The notes beneath the pieces are model-generated. The model ran no database searches and was not told the DNA's origin. It saw nothing but the letters and a program-made list of their open reading frames with translations. DNA of 50,668 bases, taken from the NCBI GenBank assembly GCA_016280845.1, contig JAEEHO010000185.1, positions 1 to 50,668 on the forward strand, read 5' to 3'. Below, piece after piece: positions 9,901-17,657 of the stretch (positions within the stretch are counted from its first letter, which is position 1; every line of letters starts with the position of its first letter). The DNA is from Paludibacteraceae bacterium. GTDB lineage: Bacteria > Bacteroidota > Bacteroidia > Bacteroidales > Paludibacteraceae. A program made the position numbers and the translations under genes.

Positions 9901-12900
9901 TCAAGGGTATCTGTTATGGCTTTACGGATTGCCATTACTGTACCATCCTCGATGACAGCGTATCCACCTGCCTTACGGTAAATCTCAGCCACGTCTACTG
10001 CAGAGTTCCAGCGTACATCCATGCCGTTGTAGAGCAAGAAGTCTTTTATAACTCTGTCTGATCCGGTTACGGATGCACCTGAGTTGAAGCCAATGAAGCG
10101 AAGCCTCTTATTGGAATCAGTAGCACGCTGAGTGATAACATTCATGTAGCTCTGAATGTTCTGCAAGTACTCATCTTTAGAAGTTCCGGGGAACTGTTTA
10201 GCAACCTGCTGATACTGCTCAGTAGCTTCCATACTGCTGAGGTTATACAGACGTGTTGACTGAGAATCATGCAATACGAAAGGAGCTGCGGCATTTCTAA
10301 AGGTTGTTGTCTCTCCGTCGACTCTAAAGCTTATCATGCAAGGATCAGCATTGCGCACGGTACTGTCACAGCTGTAGAACACATCAATGTATTCAGGGTC
10401 AGGCTCGATGTAACCTTTAGCGAATCCTTCTATAGCAGCTACGTTGTCAGCAGTATTAAGAGTGTTGCATCCTGCTTTCCAAAGAGGAGCGACACCTTTA
10501 TCAGACACCTGACGTAAGTACTCGGTAGCATCATCTATGATAGAGTCAACAATGTTTTCGATGTACTTAGAGTTACGTGTCTGTGCATACGCCTTAGCGT
10601 AGGAATTAATCTTGTATGTCTTGTCACCTGCAAATGCATCAAGAACTGCATTGATTTGGTCCTCAGGACACTGGTTCAAAGTTGCAGCTGTCTCGAAGCT
10701 GTTGAAGAACTTCTGAGTACTTCTCTGCTCTGCACAGGTGTTCAGGAAGTCCTGAATCTGCGCATGGTATTCATCCAACTTGTCTACAGCTGTAGTGATA
10801 TACTCAGGAATCTCGTGCTCATATTGTGCTGCAAGCTCAAGGAGCTCATGCTTACGGTCGCTGAGAAGCGCATCGACATTCTTAAATGCATTGTTTACAG
10901 CACTGTTGATATCCAAGGCATCCTTTACAACAGTGCGCATAGCCTCATCTGAGGTGTATAACAATGCTCCCTGATACTTCTGCAAGGTAACATTGAAGAA
11001 CTTGCCAAGCTGTTCTGTCTCAAGCTCGCCCTCTGCATTGAAGAGCACCTGCTTGATGTGCTTGTGGTCTGTCAGCAACTGCTCCTTAATAACGTCTGCA
11101 GAAACATTTAAACCATGGTGTCTCTGCAGCTCCTTACGGAAACCTCTTGCTAAGTTGTTTAGAGCTGCAAGACGGTTCTCTGTACCCTTAGGAGCAATAG
11201 CATCAATGTATTCCTGATAAGGACGGTGCACATAACCTTTATATGCGATGACATCCCTATAGTTTTCCAAGTCCTGTAAATACTTCTCAGTATTCTCAGT
11301 GAAGGCTCTGATGCGCTCAATAAGAGTGTTCTCGACCCTAGGACTAGATAAGTTATCACCATATTCTTTAACGGCCTCTATGAGGCGATTTGAAGCTAAC
11401 TCATAAGCCTCAGGAGTAATAGACCTTGCGATGTTAGCATTGAAACCATCACGCATAGTCTGAACCAAAGTGTGAAGGTTCTCTAAGGAATTGATGACAT
11501 CGCCTCGTTTATAGGCTGCTGCTTCAAAGAACTTAGCGATATCTCCGGACATACGCCTGTAGATACCGATTGTACGCTCTGTACCTAAGAGGTTCTTAGA
11601 TGCGATGACGTTGTTGTACATTCTGCGGTAGTTCATGTATACCGCTTTCAAGTCGGGGCAAACGCCTTCAAAGAAAGGCTGGTTGTGTACGAGCGCATCA
11701 TTGAGGGCCTTGAAGTCATCGAAGCCAAGGCTTCTAGCGTGTTCATCAAGCTCCTCAATAACTTTAAATGCATCTGCACCCTCATCAACCTTGTGCATGA
11801 TTGCACGAATAGGTCCGAGAGTATCTTCTGTAAGATACTTTACAGTAGCATCCATGGCTCCCTGCTGGAACTGCTTGTAGAAATTTGCAGCACTTTCAGA
11901 CATCTTATCAGACGCAAAGAGGACAGACATCTCCTTCCTTAAATCTGCAAACGCATCTGCAAGTGCAGGAGAGTATGCCTTGTGAGTCTCACAGATGTCT
12001 GTGATACGTTTATTTATAGATTCCTGCGCAAAGGCTGCCTTCTTAGCGATGTTGATATCCTGAATGTAGCCGAGGAGTTTCTTAGTCCAGCGTACAGAGC
12101 CTACTACAGCAGCAAGCTGAGGAGCACCTGTAACAAGGATGAACTTGTTCAGCGCTCCGGTAATCTCACTAATGCTGTGTAAGGACTCAACGATTCCGGG
12201 AGTCTTATAGATTACTGAAGCCAGTGCGTTTCCGCTTTCCTTAGTAATCTTAGCAGCGTTCTCTACGCTGTACTTGATATAGTTCTGAGTGAACTTTGTG
12301 ATAGTTTCTCTATACGCGCCCTTGGAGGCAACGTTAAGGACATCCATCTTACCGAGATACTCTCTCATAAGTTTGGATGTAGTGTTTGCGGGTAAGCCGC
12401 GGCCTACCTGTTTAGCAAGCTTAGCGTACCACTTAGGGTCGAACATGTTCAGCATGTAGCCGAGACGAGCATTGGCAACGGCTTCTCGCATGAGCTTCTC
12501 ACCGCCACCGGACTCGATTGCATTCTTGACTGCACGTGCGTAAGCTTTGCCTATTGCAGCTTCTGTATCTGCATTACGTAAAATTGCAAGCTCTCCTGCA
12601 GCTGCATGGTCGCCAAGTATCTTTCTTAAGGAAGAAGGATTGACACCATCGGACTTGATGACACGCACACCTGCCTGATTAATTAAATCAAATGTGTCAT
12701 CAATATATTTTGTTGCAGTAGAATCTACAACTTTAGCGGCCTCTAAAGATGTCAGGCCTGACTTATAGATATCTATCCATGAGCCGGGGTCTAACAAGAT
12801 ATCCATGAAGGTAGTGAGCACACGAGCATAAGCACCACGCTCTTCGGGTGCATAAGTATTGATGTAGTCAAAGTTAGGTGTATCACCGTATGCACCGAGC

Positions 12901-15038
12901 CACATCTTGAATGCTACAGCACCTGCATAGCCTTCAGCATCAATCCAAAACTTTTGTGCCTCAGGTGAGAGCTTAGCATACTCTTCATCTGCAATCTTAC
13001 GAAGACGTGCCGCACGTACAGGGTCATCATAGTTACCATAGCGGTACTCATTACTTCCTGCACCAAGATACTTGAATACGTTGGTTGCATCTGCGGTTTC
13101 TCCTAAGCTGCCGAGAGAACTGAACAATGCATTCAGAGCAACTGTAGAAAGAGGGACACCCTGCTGAATCTGTGTAATGGGGCCTGTAACGAGACGAGCA
13201 GCGTACTCAGTAAGGTCTTTGTTGAGTGTAGACCCCTCGAATTGGTCAAAGAATGCACGTCCAATCGCACGCTTAGCAACATCTAACAAGGAGTTAACCT
13301 GAGTGGAGCTGTCCATATTGAGGTATAAGTCTGCCTCTTTATTGTAGCGCTCGACGCCCTCAGTAAGCTCACGAATGTAATCATCAATGCTGAGGCGGTA
13401 ATCCTCATTCATATAGATAGGCTTGTTGCGGTTAGCACGCATTCTGATAGAGAGCTCTCGGTACTGGGCCTTGTATTCTTCGGGAACTGTAAGCGATCCA
13501 AAAGCATCAGTAAGCATGGTGCGGTCGACTTTATCGCCCTTGCCACTCTTGATTCTATCTTCAGCTTCTATATAGCCTTTAAGTGCATAGTAAGTAGACA
13601 CTTCATCTCCGGTCATTCCGGAAGCTCTAAGTGCCTTAGTAGCCGCAGTGTACTCTTCAAGGACTGCGGAATATTCTGCGGTGTAATTAGCATACGCCTT
13701 TTCACGAGTCTCAACTAATCTCTGATAACGCTCAAAGACTTTCTGATACTCTGCAAACTCTTCGTTTGTAAGAGGGCGCTGCTTATCAAGTTCTATAAAC
13801 TCTCTGAGCTGGTCTTCTACAGCAGTCAGCTTACGGTTGATAACATTGGTAGGACTGTTGAGGTCGTACTCTCTGTCACGGGACATCTGCTGTAACTGTG
13901 CAGCATAGCTGTCTACGATTTTACGCTGTTCATCAACGCTGTCGCTCTGCGCATATCTGTATAAGCGTCCGGTAACAGTGTCATACAGCACGTACTTATC
14001 TTCTGCACCGATGCCTGCCAAGCGGTCACGGCCTATTGTGGCGTACTGCTGAGGGATATTTGATGCAGACATGGAGAACTTCGTATGCTGAATAGCATCT
14101 CCGTCCTCAATAACCCACAACTGCATTGTGCCGTTAGTGAGGCCATTAGTAACCTGCTGGTATGTGGTAGAGGTAACAGTGTTAACATTCCACTTGGTGT
14201 TACCCTTTACATTACTACCTGAACGGTTCACATCATAGGTATCACGGATATCATTATCTGAGTAACGCTTCTTGGTTGCATCCTGCAATGTGCTCAACAG
14301 TGCAGCCATGTCAGCTTTCTGACTGGAATGTAATCCTGCAAGCCCATTGAGCTTCTCATTACGCAGCATCCATGTGTATGTTTCAGGGAAACGCCTAGCA
14401 TTCTCTTCAACTGTACGTGCAAAGTCAGGCTTTACTTCAACATCAGGAAGGTTGTTCATGTACTGCACAAACCAATTATCAGCATACGCTGTACGAGGTG
14501 CAGGCATGGTTGAACTAGGGACATACGAAGTAAGCGCTGAGGTAATTCCTGAAAGCGCACCTATATTTCCTGCTGTTGACGTAGTGCTTGCAATCCTGCT
14601 TACAATCTTAGGTGTGGCGGGAACAACAGTAGGAAGCACTACAGGCTGCGCTGCTGGTTTAGGCGCAGGAGTAGGTGAATGTGTAGATGTAGAGTGTGAG
14701 GATGTACCCGATGAGCCCGACGAACCTCCGGATGAACTAGGTCTAGCCGCTTGTGCACCTGCTACAGCTGCTTGGGTGGCAGCAGACGTAGCAGGCTTAG
14801 GGGCTGGAGAGCTAGAATGTGAGGTATTTGTCTGCGTCGAGGGTTTGGACGTAGATGACGAGCTTGAGTGCGAAGTGTTTGAGTGCGTCGAAGGCTTAGA
14901 CGCAGGCTTCGACGAAGATGAGGAGCTGGATGGCTTCTTAGCAGCGGCAGCACCCGCAGCTGCACCTGCAGCGGCACCCGAAGATTTCTTCTTGCCGCCT
15001 GCATCGTTGACCATGGTGTTGACTTTACTAAGTGCCAT
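3960..15038 (-). CDS. Giant protein of 3692 aa with unknown function. It is a candidate virion internal/ejection protein.
   Basis: It is one uninterrupted ORF at the distal end of the late arm. It has an N-terminal Ser/Ala/Pro/Thr low-complexity region, a long mostly helical body, C-terminal repeats of about 70 aa and a basic Tyr/Arg/Lys tail. I could not recognise any catalytic motif. Confidence 0.85.
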   Translation of the reverse strand: MALSKVNTMVNDAGGKKKSSGAAAGAAAGAAAAKKPSSSSSSSKPASKPSTHSNTSHSSSSSTSKPSTQTNTSHSSSPAPKPATSAATQAAVAGAQAARPSSSGGSSGSSGTSSHSTSTHSPTPAPKPAAQPVVLPTVVPATPKIVSRIASTTSTAGNIGALSGITSALTSYVPSSTMPAPRTAYADNWFVQYMNNLPDVEVKPDFARTVEENARRFPETYTWMLRNEKLNGLAGLHSSQKADMAALLSTLQDATKKRYSDNDIRDTYDVNRSGSNVKGNTKWNVNTVTSTTYQQVTNGLTNGTMQLWVIEDGDAIQHTKFSMSASNIPQQYATIGRDRLAGIGAEDKYVLYDTVTGRLYRYAQSDSVDEQRKIVDSYAAQLQQMSRDREYDLNSPTNVINRKLTAVEDQLREFIELDKQRPLTNEEFAEYQKVFERYQRLVETREKAYANYTAEYSAVLEEYTAATKALRASGMTGDEVSTYYALKGYIEAEDRIKSGKGDKVDRTMLTDAFGSLTVPEEYKAQYRELSIRMRANRNKPIYMNEDYRLSIDDYIRELTEGVERYNKEADLYLNMDSSTQVNSLLDVAKRAIGRAFFDQFEGSTLNKDLTEYAARLVTGPITQIQQGVPLSTVALNALFSSLGSLGETADATNVFKYLGAGSNEYRYGNYDDPVRAARLRKIADEEYAKLSPEAQKFWIDAEGYAGAVAFKMWLGAYGDTPNFDYINTYAPEERGAYARVLTTFMDILLDPGSWIDIYKSGLTSLEAAKVVDSTATKYIDDTFDLINQAGVRVIKSDGVNPSSLRKILGDHAAAGELAILRNADTEAAIGKAYARAVKNAIESGGGEKLMREAVANARLGYMLNMFDPKWYAKLAKQVGRGLPANTTSKLMREYLGKMDVLNVASKGAYRETITKFTQNYIKYSVENAAKITKESGNALASVIYKTPGIVESLHSISEITGALNKFILVTGAPQLAAVVGSVRWTKKLLGYIQDINIAKKAAFAQESINKRITDICETHKAYSPALADAFADLRKEMSVLFASDKMSESAANFYKQFQQGAMDATVKYLTEDTLGPIRAIMHKVDEGADAFKVIEELDEHARSLGFDDFKALNDALVHNQPFFEGVCPDLKAVYMNYRRMYNNVIASKNLLGTERTIGIYRRMSGDIAKFFEAAAYKRGDVINSLENLHTLVQTMRDGFNANIARSITPEAYELASNRLIEAVKEYGDNLSSPRVENTLIERIRAFTENTEKYLQDLENYRDVIAYKGYVHRPYQEYIDAIAPKGTENRLAALNNLARGFRKELQRHHGLNVSADVIKEQLLTDHKHIKQVLFNAEGELETEQLGKFFNVTLQKYQGALLYTSDEAMRTVVKDALDINSAVNNAFKNVDALLSDRKHELLELAAQYEHEIPEYITTAVDKLDEYHAQIQDFLNTCAEQRSTQKFFNSFETAATLNQCPEDQINAVLDAFAGDKTYKINSYAKAYAQTRNSKYIENIVDSIIDDATEYLRQVSDKGVAPLWKAGCNTLNTADNVAAIEGFAKGYIEPDPEYIDVFYSCDSTVRNADPCMISFRVDGETTTFRNAAAPFVLHDSQSTRLYNLSSMEATEQYQQVAKQFPGTSKDEYLQNIQSYMNVITQRATDSNKRLRFIGFNSGASVTGSDRVIKDFLLYNGMDVRWNSAVDVAEIYRKAGGYAVIEDGTVMAIRKAITDTLDDAQLDVLLNNTAGRIVMDTDPKIAKQLKGLTDIINGTAPQTMPALSDFFKAGEEVVHAVEHSRTAIVGDALETVISEKRISDFIDIASKGRDKLHRVNSMRALYNAVNGQFNPIQLKKTFDTALMEEWFSEGTLKNLVTSSMTSAEITERMDTIYELSKRFNSTFELIENPELLDHIGADAYKEVYEALVVQVSSHPRTAGLRDMPIWANLELNTAAEYYSAIMVLRKKYANLVDLDTLFQLSGTLRANEIVKSDHFKDALCTIYDECAAELVYNSAHSIHRYATTTALIENKYAGFNNRVVSTRAIMDEYKKIADSAESLGTYLDLKEAAYQQGRWLTHDNRINYELYSEVHRPFTDLVDALNEATPSKLKFAEGSIDGYYNYIIKHDYDKQMAAKLKSLSQVNTAHKRAAVETLCMLSDEDFEKHLVRDCMNMMLIDPKCVALQGEAGILFGKRMADLTKNTRDIRLERVVIGNHEYISIYKDLSGYTPKQLDDLINSVDEFSVPVQSYKGAFNSYVPMEGGSDFMSYARKKVGEYLDKMSEYMPSRYLMSNFEVLTSETVQNLQQYFPEASRIAPGRINNWFNESYNCSIIGDIDTQRLFNPYASDKLIDNMARGLHHVQDKMEATTNYLRLFSNPSQSLRSMLNYAGVKKPDWKTIKQQLDVRGYTLVTLTLDKKGRYNAVQRALTNQEQLTRYLADDSVVVMERSVLGKVNEYILSQRKLMDYEKCHASALKGALSDIFVAWKNTTRAARILGLLFLSNIQGSAFRNRLDSTLKAVNEAGLDVLDYMGVALEYQQGYKDIVGQIVEKYKVLTVDTIDKYFKEFPDATLPQDLFEQLYVFNNQASTGMSALLDITKDTEIAKMRSLLPAGTKYTDDQLKEIADLFNRVSATGSYQKHILNPHYAYMPGKLRDKIQSQMYDECYQGILHMTQKGTKTPIYTPAEAKELANLFYTYTPSAHTASDWLQKLPVIGTMLDTNIQRGSLRRLIGNAQAFQDAETRTRTAMFLHYMEEGKTASYAEQHIVKSQFDYSKVGLIGHLETALPFSTFKIYNAAYWLAAAGEKFSTLKMITRFSKYTSRFYDTEDIAARIRDTHVAEWLADPNNGVKADEETPDATDGIMGWFAENIFGYQGVNELYAEGLRLGDNHYVKVGNSFTEAIQLCIDVMMAPEYIKRGQLPPILMDSVYTPLGVLFKFLADRDKNDFFNPTDRSYRDATSPVSGDFVNWAADRYYDILNLIPAFGMLANLVLTHIKNGAVNIADLKMMLCDENLKDAYMHKIFQATCDGLGTFFPSIVGTINDDKKGYYDREIGLNWYDNTNIEAIMQRINPETGKRYTKEEAEAFAKAYKGSHQFVAGISSLPAFMLKDPATYINYKYMFMRMGFGEKDVEENMGKLLDQLYGDGTYLNGIYINNGKNNDTYINIALLEDTFAALAAKGYDIDEVILQLQNQRWVNPATGELLKNSDLHKMLAQSAFLSAYEHLPDYVKYDKEQYAALIAYWKANGLTTEQAWMMMQSEYGYIDERGRYRILTEEQAKAYSQQLNDDYYEFLDQMPDWCKYEPGAASRTMNYFIGLGMSMEDAQRYILAHNAYVDVYGQLHQYSDEEVAQKNAQSQKEFYEYYNTLPDYIKYEKGAYGRTLKYLKSIPGMTDELARLFIRRGAYLTVDGRLINCTDMEQESNYTSKWVDYEKPLGYASFNDYYQTLPNYLKYEKGAFSRAYHILKSLGFAYNDILALIKQGAYAMEAGTAQSLFNTLPKDRAGIAVTDINTLLQKYGGVLIEYNGKYYTLLNCTGLNRSRSYRRTYNSSANRYTKRSYTKWNRKKYTRRPSSYIPNKFARPKNQRAVRHYYRSPYTQQPYVTKGSYSSTYSKVNLFAGASYGARQIYKIDIGRSPVRQALSTKSVYPAAYRNIVFAYRRSLYKDMYAKYGASRMRMRANVAHSYSNASIVRLRRNEIQYRVKYATKRSDPVVRKNKK
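4620..5800 (-). repeat. Tandem protein-level repeats of about 70 aa inside the giant ORF (at least 4 clear copies plus degenerate ones).
   Basis: The repeated core reads EHLPDYVKYDKEQYAAL / QMPDWCKYEPGAASRT / NTLPDYIKYEKGAYGRT / QTLPNYLKYEKGAFSRA. Each copy is followed by a ..G(L/M/F)..(E/D)......GAY...G pattern. Copies are spaced about 210-240 nt apart. Confidence 0.8.
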
Positions 15039-15047
15039 ATTAACTCC

Positions 15048-15872
15048 TTACTTTACGGTGTATCCACCGGAATAATTAATGTTCTGTGTCTGATTCTTTT
15101 CAGAAGCATACTTCTGTGCTTCGGCTGCTTCAACAGCTGCACGGATAGCTGCAATAGCAGACTGCGTATTGTTGTATACGCCTGCGCCAGCTGCACCGAG
15201 TGTGCCAGCTTTGTTGGCATCTGCGGTGTACTTGTTAGCACCGTAACCTGCATAATCTGTATTGAGCGCCTGATTGTAACCAAGGCGTGCGGTGAGCTCC
15301 TGAATTTCATCATTGAACAACTGATGGGCCATAGATCCGATTGTATTACCCATCTCGTTGCTGTACTGAAGTGCTTTAGCAGAATCCTCTTTGAGCTGTG
15401 CTGCGTAGTTATTAGCGAGGTTCTGTCTATCAACTGCCAGCTGTGTTGCTTCATCACCTGCCTGCTGAGTAAATCCTAAGATGGCACTCAGCGCATTAGC
15501 GGCCTGCATACCTTTGTTAGCTCCGGTAGCAACAGCTGAACGGAATGTCTGCCGTATTGCATCGAGGGCTGTGTTCTGAGCATCGCTTAAGTTCTTGTAG
15601 TACTTACGTTCTGCTCCAGACCCTGCCTCAGTACGCATGGCAGCTTTTGTTGCATCTTGATATATCTTCTCTATTTCGTTTCTGTCATATGTGAAGTTGA
15701 CTCCGAGCTCATTTGAAAGCTGTTCGGCGTCCCTAATGTCAGTGGTGTTGAGAGGTGTATAATCAGGACGCGTATATGTGTCGCCTGTTGAGAAGGCGCT
15801 GCGTAACAGGTTTATCAATTCGGATAATGACTGCGTGGAATTGTTCAATGTAGGTGTAGCAGCATCTGCCAT
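15048..15872 (-). CDS. Hypothetical virion-associated protein (274 aa), co-transcribed with the giant ORF.
   Basis: AAGGAGG lies upstream. The stop is 9 nt before the giant ORF start. The protein is Ala/Gln/Asn-rich and helical. It has its own promoter upstream. Confidence 0.6.
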   Translation of the reverse strand: MADAATPTLNNSTQSLSELINLLRSAFSTGDTYTRPDYTPLNTTDIRDAEQLSNELGVNFTYDRNEIEKIYQDATKAAMRTEAGSGAERKYYKNLSDAQNTALDAIRQTFRSAVATGANKGMQAANALSAILGFTQQAGDEATQLAVDRQNLANNYAAQLKEDSAKALQYSNEMGNTIGSMAHQLFNDEIQELTARLGYNQALNTDYAGYGANKYTADANKAGTLGAAGAGVYNNTQSAIAAIRAAVEAAEAQKYASEKNQTQNINYSGGYTVK

Positions 15873-15912
15873 AATTTACCTCCTTATAAAAATAGCCTAC
15901 CCTTATACACTA

Positions 15913-15941
15913 AGTATATACGAGTGGGCAAGGATTTTCAA
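15913..15941 (-). promoter_or_regulatory. Sigma70-like promoter for the 274-aa plus giant-ORF operon.
   Basis: On the minus strand the sequence is TTGAAA-17 nt-TATACT, about 35 nt upstream of the RBS of 15872. Confidence 0.55.
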
Positions 15942-16035
15942 GACTATTGTGCACTCCAACCCACACATCACGGGGATGATGTGCGGGCCGAGAAAGGAGT
16001 ACCACAAAATGAAAAGAAAGAAGCGGGCGTGGGTA

Positions 16036-16893
16036 TTAGCTTAATAAGCTTGTCCAAGTCTTAGGGCCGCATACACCATCGGGAGCACCACAGTCTTTGT
16101 GGGTCTTCTGATAGTCTGTAACTGCGCCTTTTGTCTGAGCACCAAAGATACCATCGACAGCACCGCACTTAAACCCTAAGTTATTAAGTAACCACTGCAG
16201 GAGCTTAACGTCATCATTCTGACTGCCACTCTTGCAGATAATCTTTTCTACTGTAACCTTACAGGTGGGCTCTACAGGCTTAGGAACTACACCATCTGCG
16301 TACAGTATATCCATATCAACATTGCCGTTGATTCCGGGAACCTTGCCCTTGGAAGAATACTGCCATATCCTGCAGTTCATGTAAGGCTTGCTAGCCCAAT
16401 AAGCTAACCAAAAAGGATACTTTGTAAGCTCGTTCTTATACATAACATGCTCAAAGAAATCCTGATTAGCATAGATGCCTGCCTCATAACCTGTGCGCTT
16501 CATCATCTCACAGAACTGAATGCACATGTCTGTAATCAGTCTGCGATTGTTGTAAACATCTAAGCCATGCTTAGCTTTGTAGTGGTCCATATCTTCCATA
16601 TCGAACCATACGCCAAGCGGAGGCTTCTTGCCATCAAGCATACGAAGTGTGTGTTTAACTTCGCCTGTGACAGCATCGAGGTTTAAGGCATAGCTGTAAA
16701 TGTACGCACCCCAGCGAATTCCAAGCTTCTCACAAGCTGCTACATTCTCTTTGAACTTGGGGTCATCCTGATGTGGGGCATCGCCGCCCCAGCCTAAACG
16801 GATGATAGCGAACTTAATTCCGGACTTCTTGACCTGCTCCCAATCAATATTGCCCTGTGAATTAGATACGTCTATACCTGATATCGAACTCAT
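16036..16893 (-). CDS. Endolysin: GH25 muramidase with a C-terminal PG_binding_1 domain.
   Basis: The N-terminus GIDVSNSQGNIDWEQVKKSGIKFAIIRLGWG matches the GH25 pattern. The C-terminus LLQWLLNNLGFKCGAVDGIFGAQTKGAVTDYQK matches PG_binding_1. Confidence 0.85.
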   Translation of the reverse strand: MSSISGIDVSNSQGNIDWEQVKKSGIKFAIIRLGWGGDAPHQDDPKFKENVAACEKLGIRWGAYIYSYALNLDAVTGEVKHTLRMLDGKKPPLGVWFDMEDMDHYKAKHGLDVYNNRRLITDMCIQFCEMMKRTGYEAGIYANQDFFEHVMYKNELTKYPFWLAYWASKPYMNCRIWQYSSKGKVPGINGNVDMDILYADGVVPKPVEPTCKVTVEKIICKSGSQNDDVKLLQWLLNNLGFKCGAVDGIFGAQTKGAVTDYQKTHKDCGAPDGVCGPKTWTSLLS

Positions 16894-17111
16894 GCAGCCT
16901 CCTTATTTTCGTCGGGCTTGTGAGCAGCATCGACATATGCTTCACATGCAGCGTAGATAGCAGCTGAGAGGATGCCACACACGATACCGACTGTTGTTAC
17001 AACAGTGTTTTCGAGATGGAGGCCTGCAACACTAGCTGCAACGGAGCCAGTAAAAGCTGCAACACAGATCCAAAACTTACGTGATGTTAACTTATTTCTC
17101 ATAGTTTTCAC
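16890..17111 (-). CDS. Holin-like membrane protein with 2 TM segments.
   Basis: The protein is 73 aa. It has two hydrophobic helices (FWICVAAFTGSVAASVAGL and VGIVCGILSAAIYAACEAY) and a charged C-terminus. It overlaps the endolysin start by 4 nt. Confidence 0.6.
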   Translation of the reverse strand: MKTMRNKLTSRKFWICVAAFTGSVAASVAGLHLENTVVTTVGIVCGILSAAIYAACEAYVDAAHKPDENKEAA

Positions 17112-17317
17112 TCCTTTTTAATATTGAATATTTTTATTAACGCACACAGTAAGAACTCTCCACCGAACGCAGCATACACACAAGTTGTAAGCGTGTCATG
17201 AGAGTATCCTGTGAGTGTACTAACAATAAATTCAGCCATAGTGTACAATAGCAAGCACACGATGCAGAAGATTACATACTTGCTTAGTTTTGATAAAGGC
17301 TTCTTCTTGTGCTTCAC
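17108..17317 (-). CDS. Small 2-TM membrane protein in the lysis cassette (second holin or antiholin candidate).
   Basis: The protein is 69 aa and contains YVIFCIVCLLLYTMAEFIV and VYAAFGGEFLLCALIKIF. It overlaps the next gene by 4 nt. Confidence 0.5.
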   Translation of the reverse strand: MKHKKKPLSKLSKYVIFCIVCLLLYTMAEFIVSTLTGYSHDTLTTCVYAAFGGEFLLCALIKIFNIKKE

Positions 17318-17321
17318 ACTG

Positions 17322-17642
17322 TCACCTCTGTTTTGATGGGAAGTTTAACAGCTCATCACAGCGTGCATCGAGTACCTGATTGTCACCTCTGAGCTCATGG
17401 TAAGCCTTGTATTGATTAACCCACTCTGTGAGTTCATCCTGCCATACAAAGCCACGCTCTTTTATGAGGTAGTACCTGTCAAGTAGCTGCCCACGCATCT
17501 GTGCTTTCTGTGCGTTTTCAACAACTCCCATACGTTTGATAAATCCGTAGCAGGACTTAACACACCAACTCACCATCAAAAACATAGAGGGCATTCCTAA
17601 GTCCCCTAAAGCACTCGCAATATCTTTAATCGTTACGTCCAT
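17322..17642 (-). CDS. Hypothetical protein of the lysis cassette with an N-terminal hydrophobic segment.
   Basis: The protein is 106 aa and contains MPSMFLMVSWCVKSCYGFI. It lies directly upstream of the holin-like genes. Confidence 0.5.
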   Translation of the reverse strand: MDVTIKDIASALGDLGMPSMFLMVSWCVKSCYGFIKRMGVVENAQKAQMRGQLLDRYYLIKERGFVWQDELTEWVNQYKAYHELRGDNQVLDARCDELLNFPSKQR

Positions 17643-17657
17643 ACACTCACCTCCTTA

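Noticed and set aside
3960-15038. An N4-like virion RNA polymerase hidden in the giant ORF, with the 3-nt-loop hairpins serving as its promoters.
   Set aside because: A TxxGR-like string (YDTVTGRLY, about 13963-13977) and an HDS string (PFVLHDSQ, about 10264-10278) exist. However, no Rx3Kx6-7YG motif B or motif A Asp lies at compatible spacing. The late and early arms also have good sigma70-type promoters. The matches look fortuitous.
14347-15075. A 242-aa plus-strand ORF opposite the 5' end of the giant gene.
   Set aside because: It is a shadow ORF of the Ser/Ala/Pro-rich low-complexity region, and its mirror translation is Gly/Ala/Glu/Val-rich. It has no RBS and lies in the middle of a minus-strand operon.
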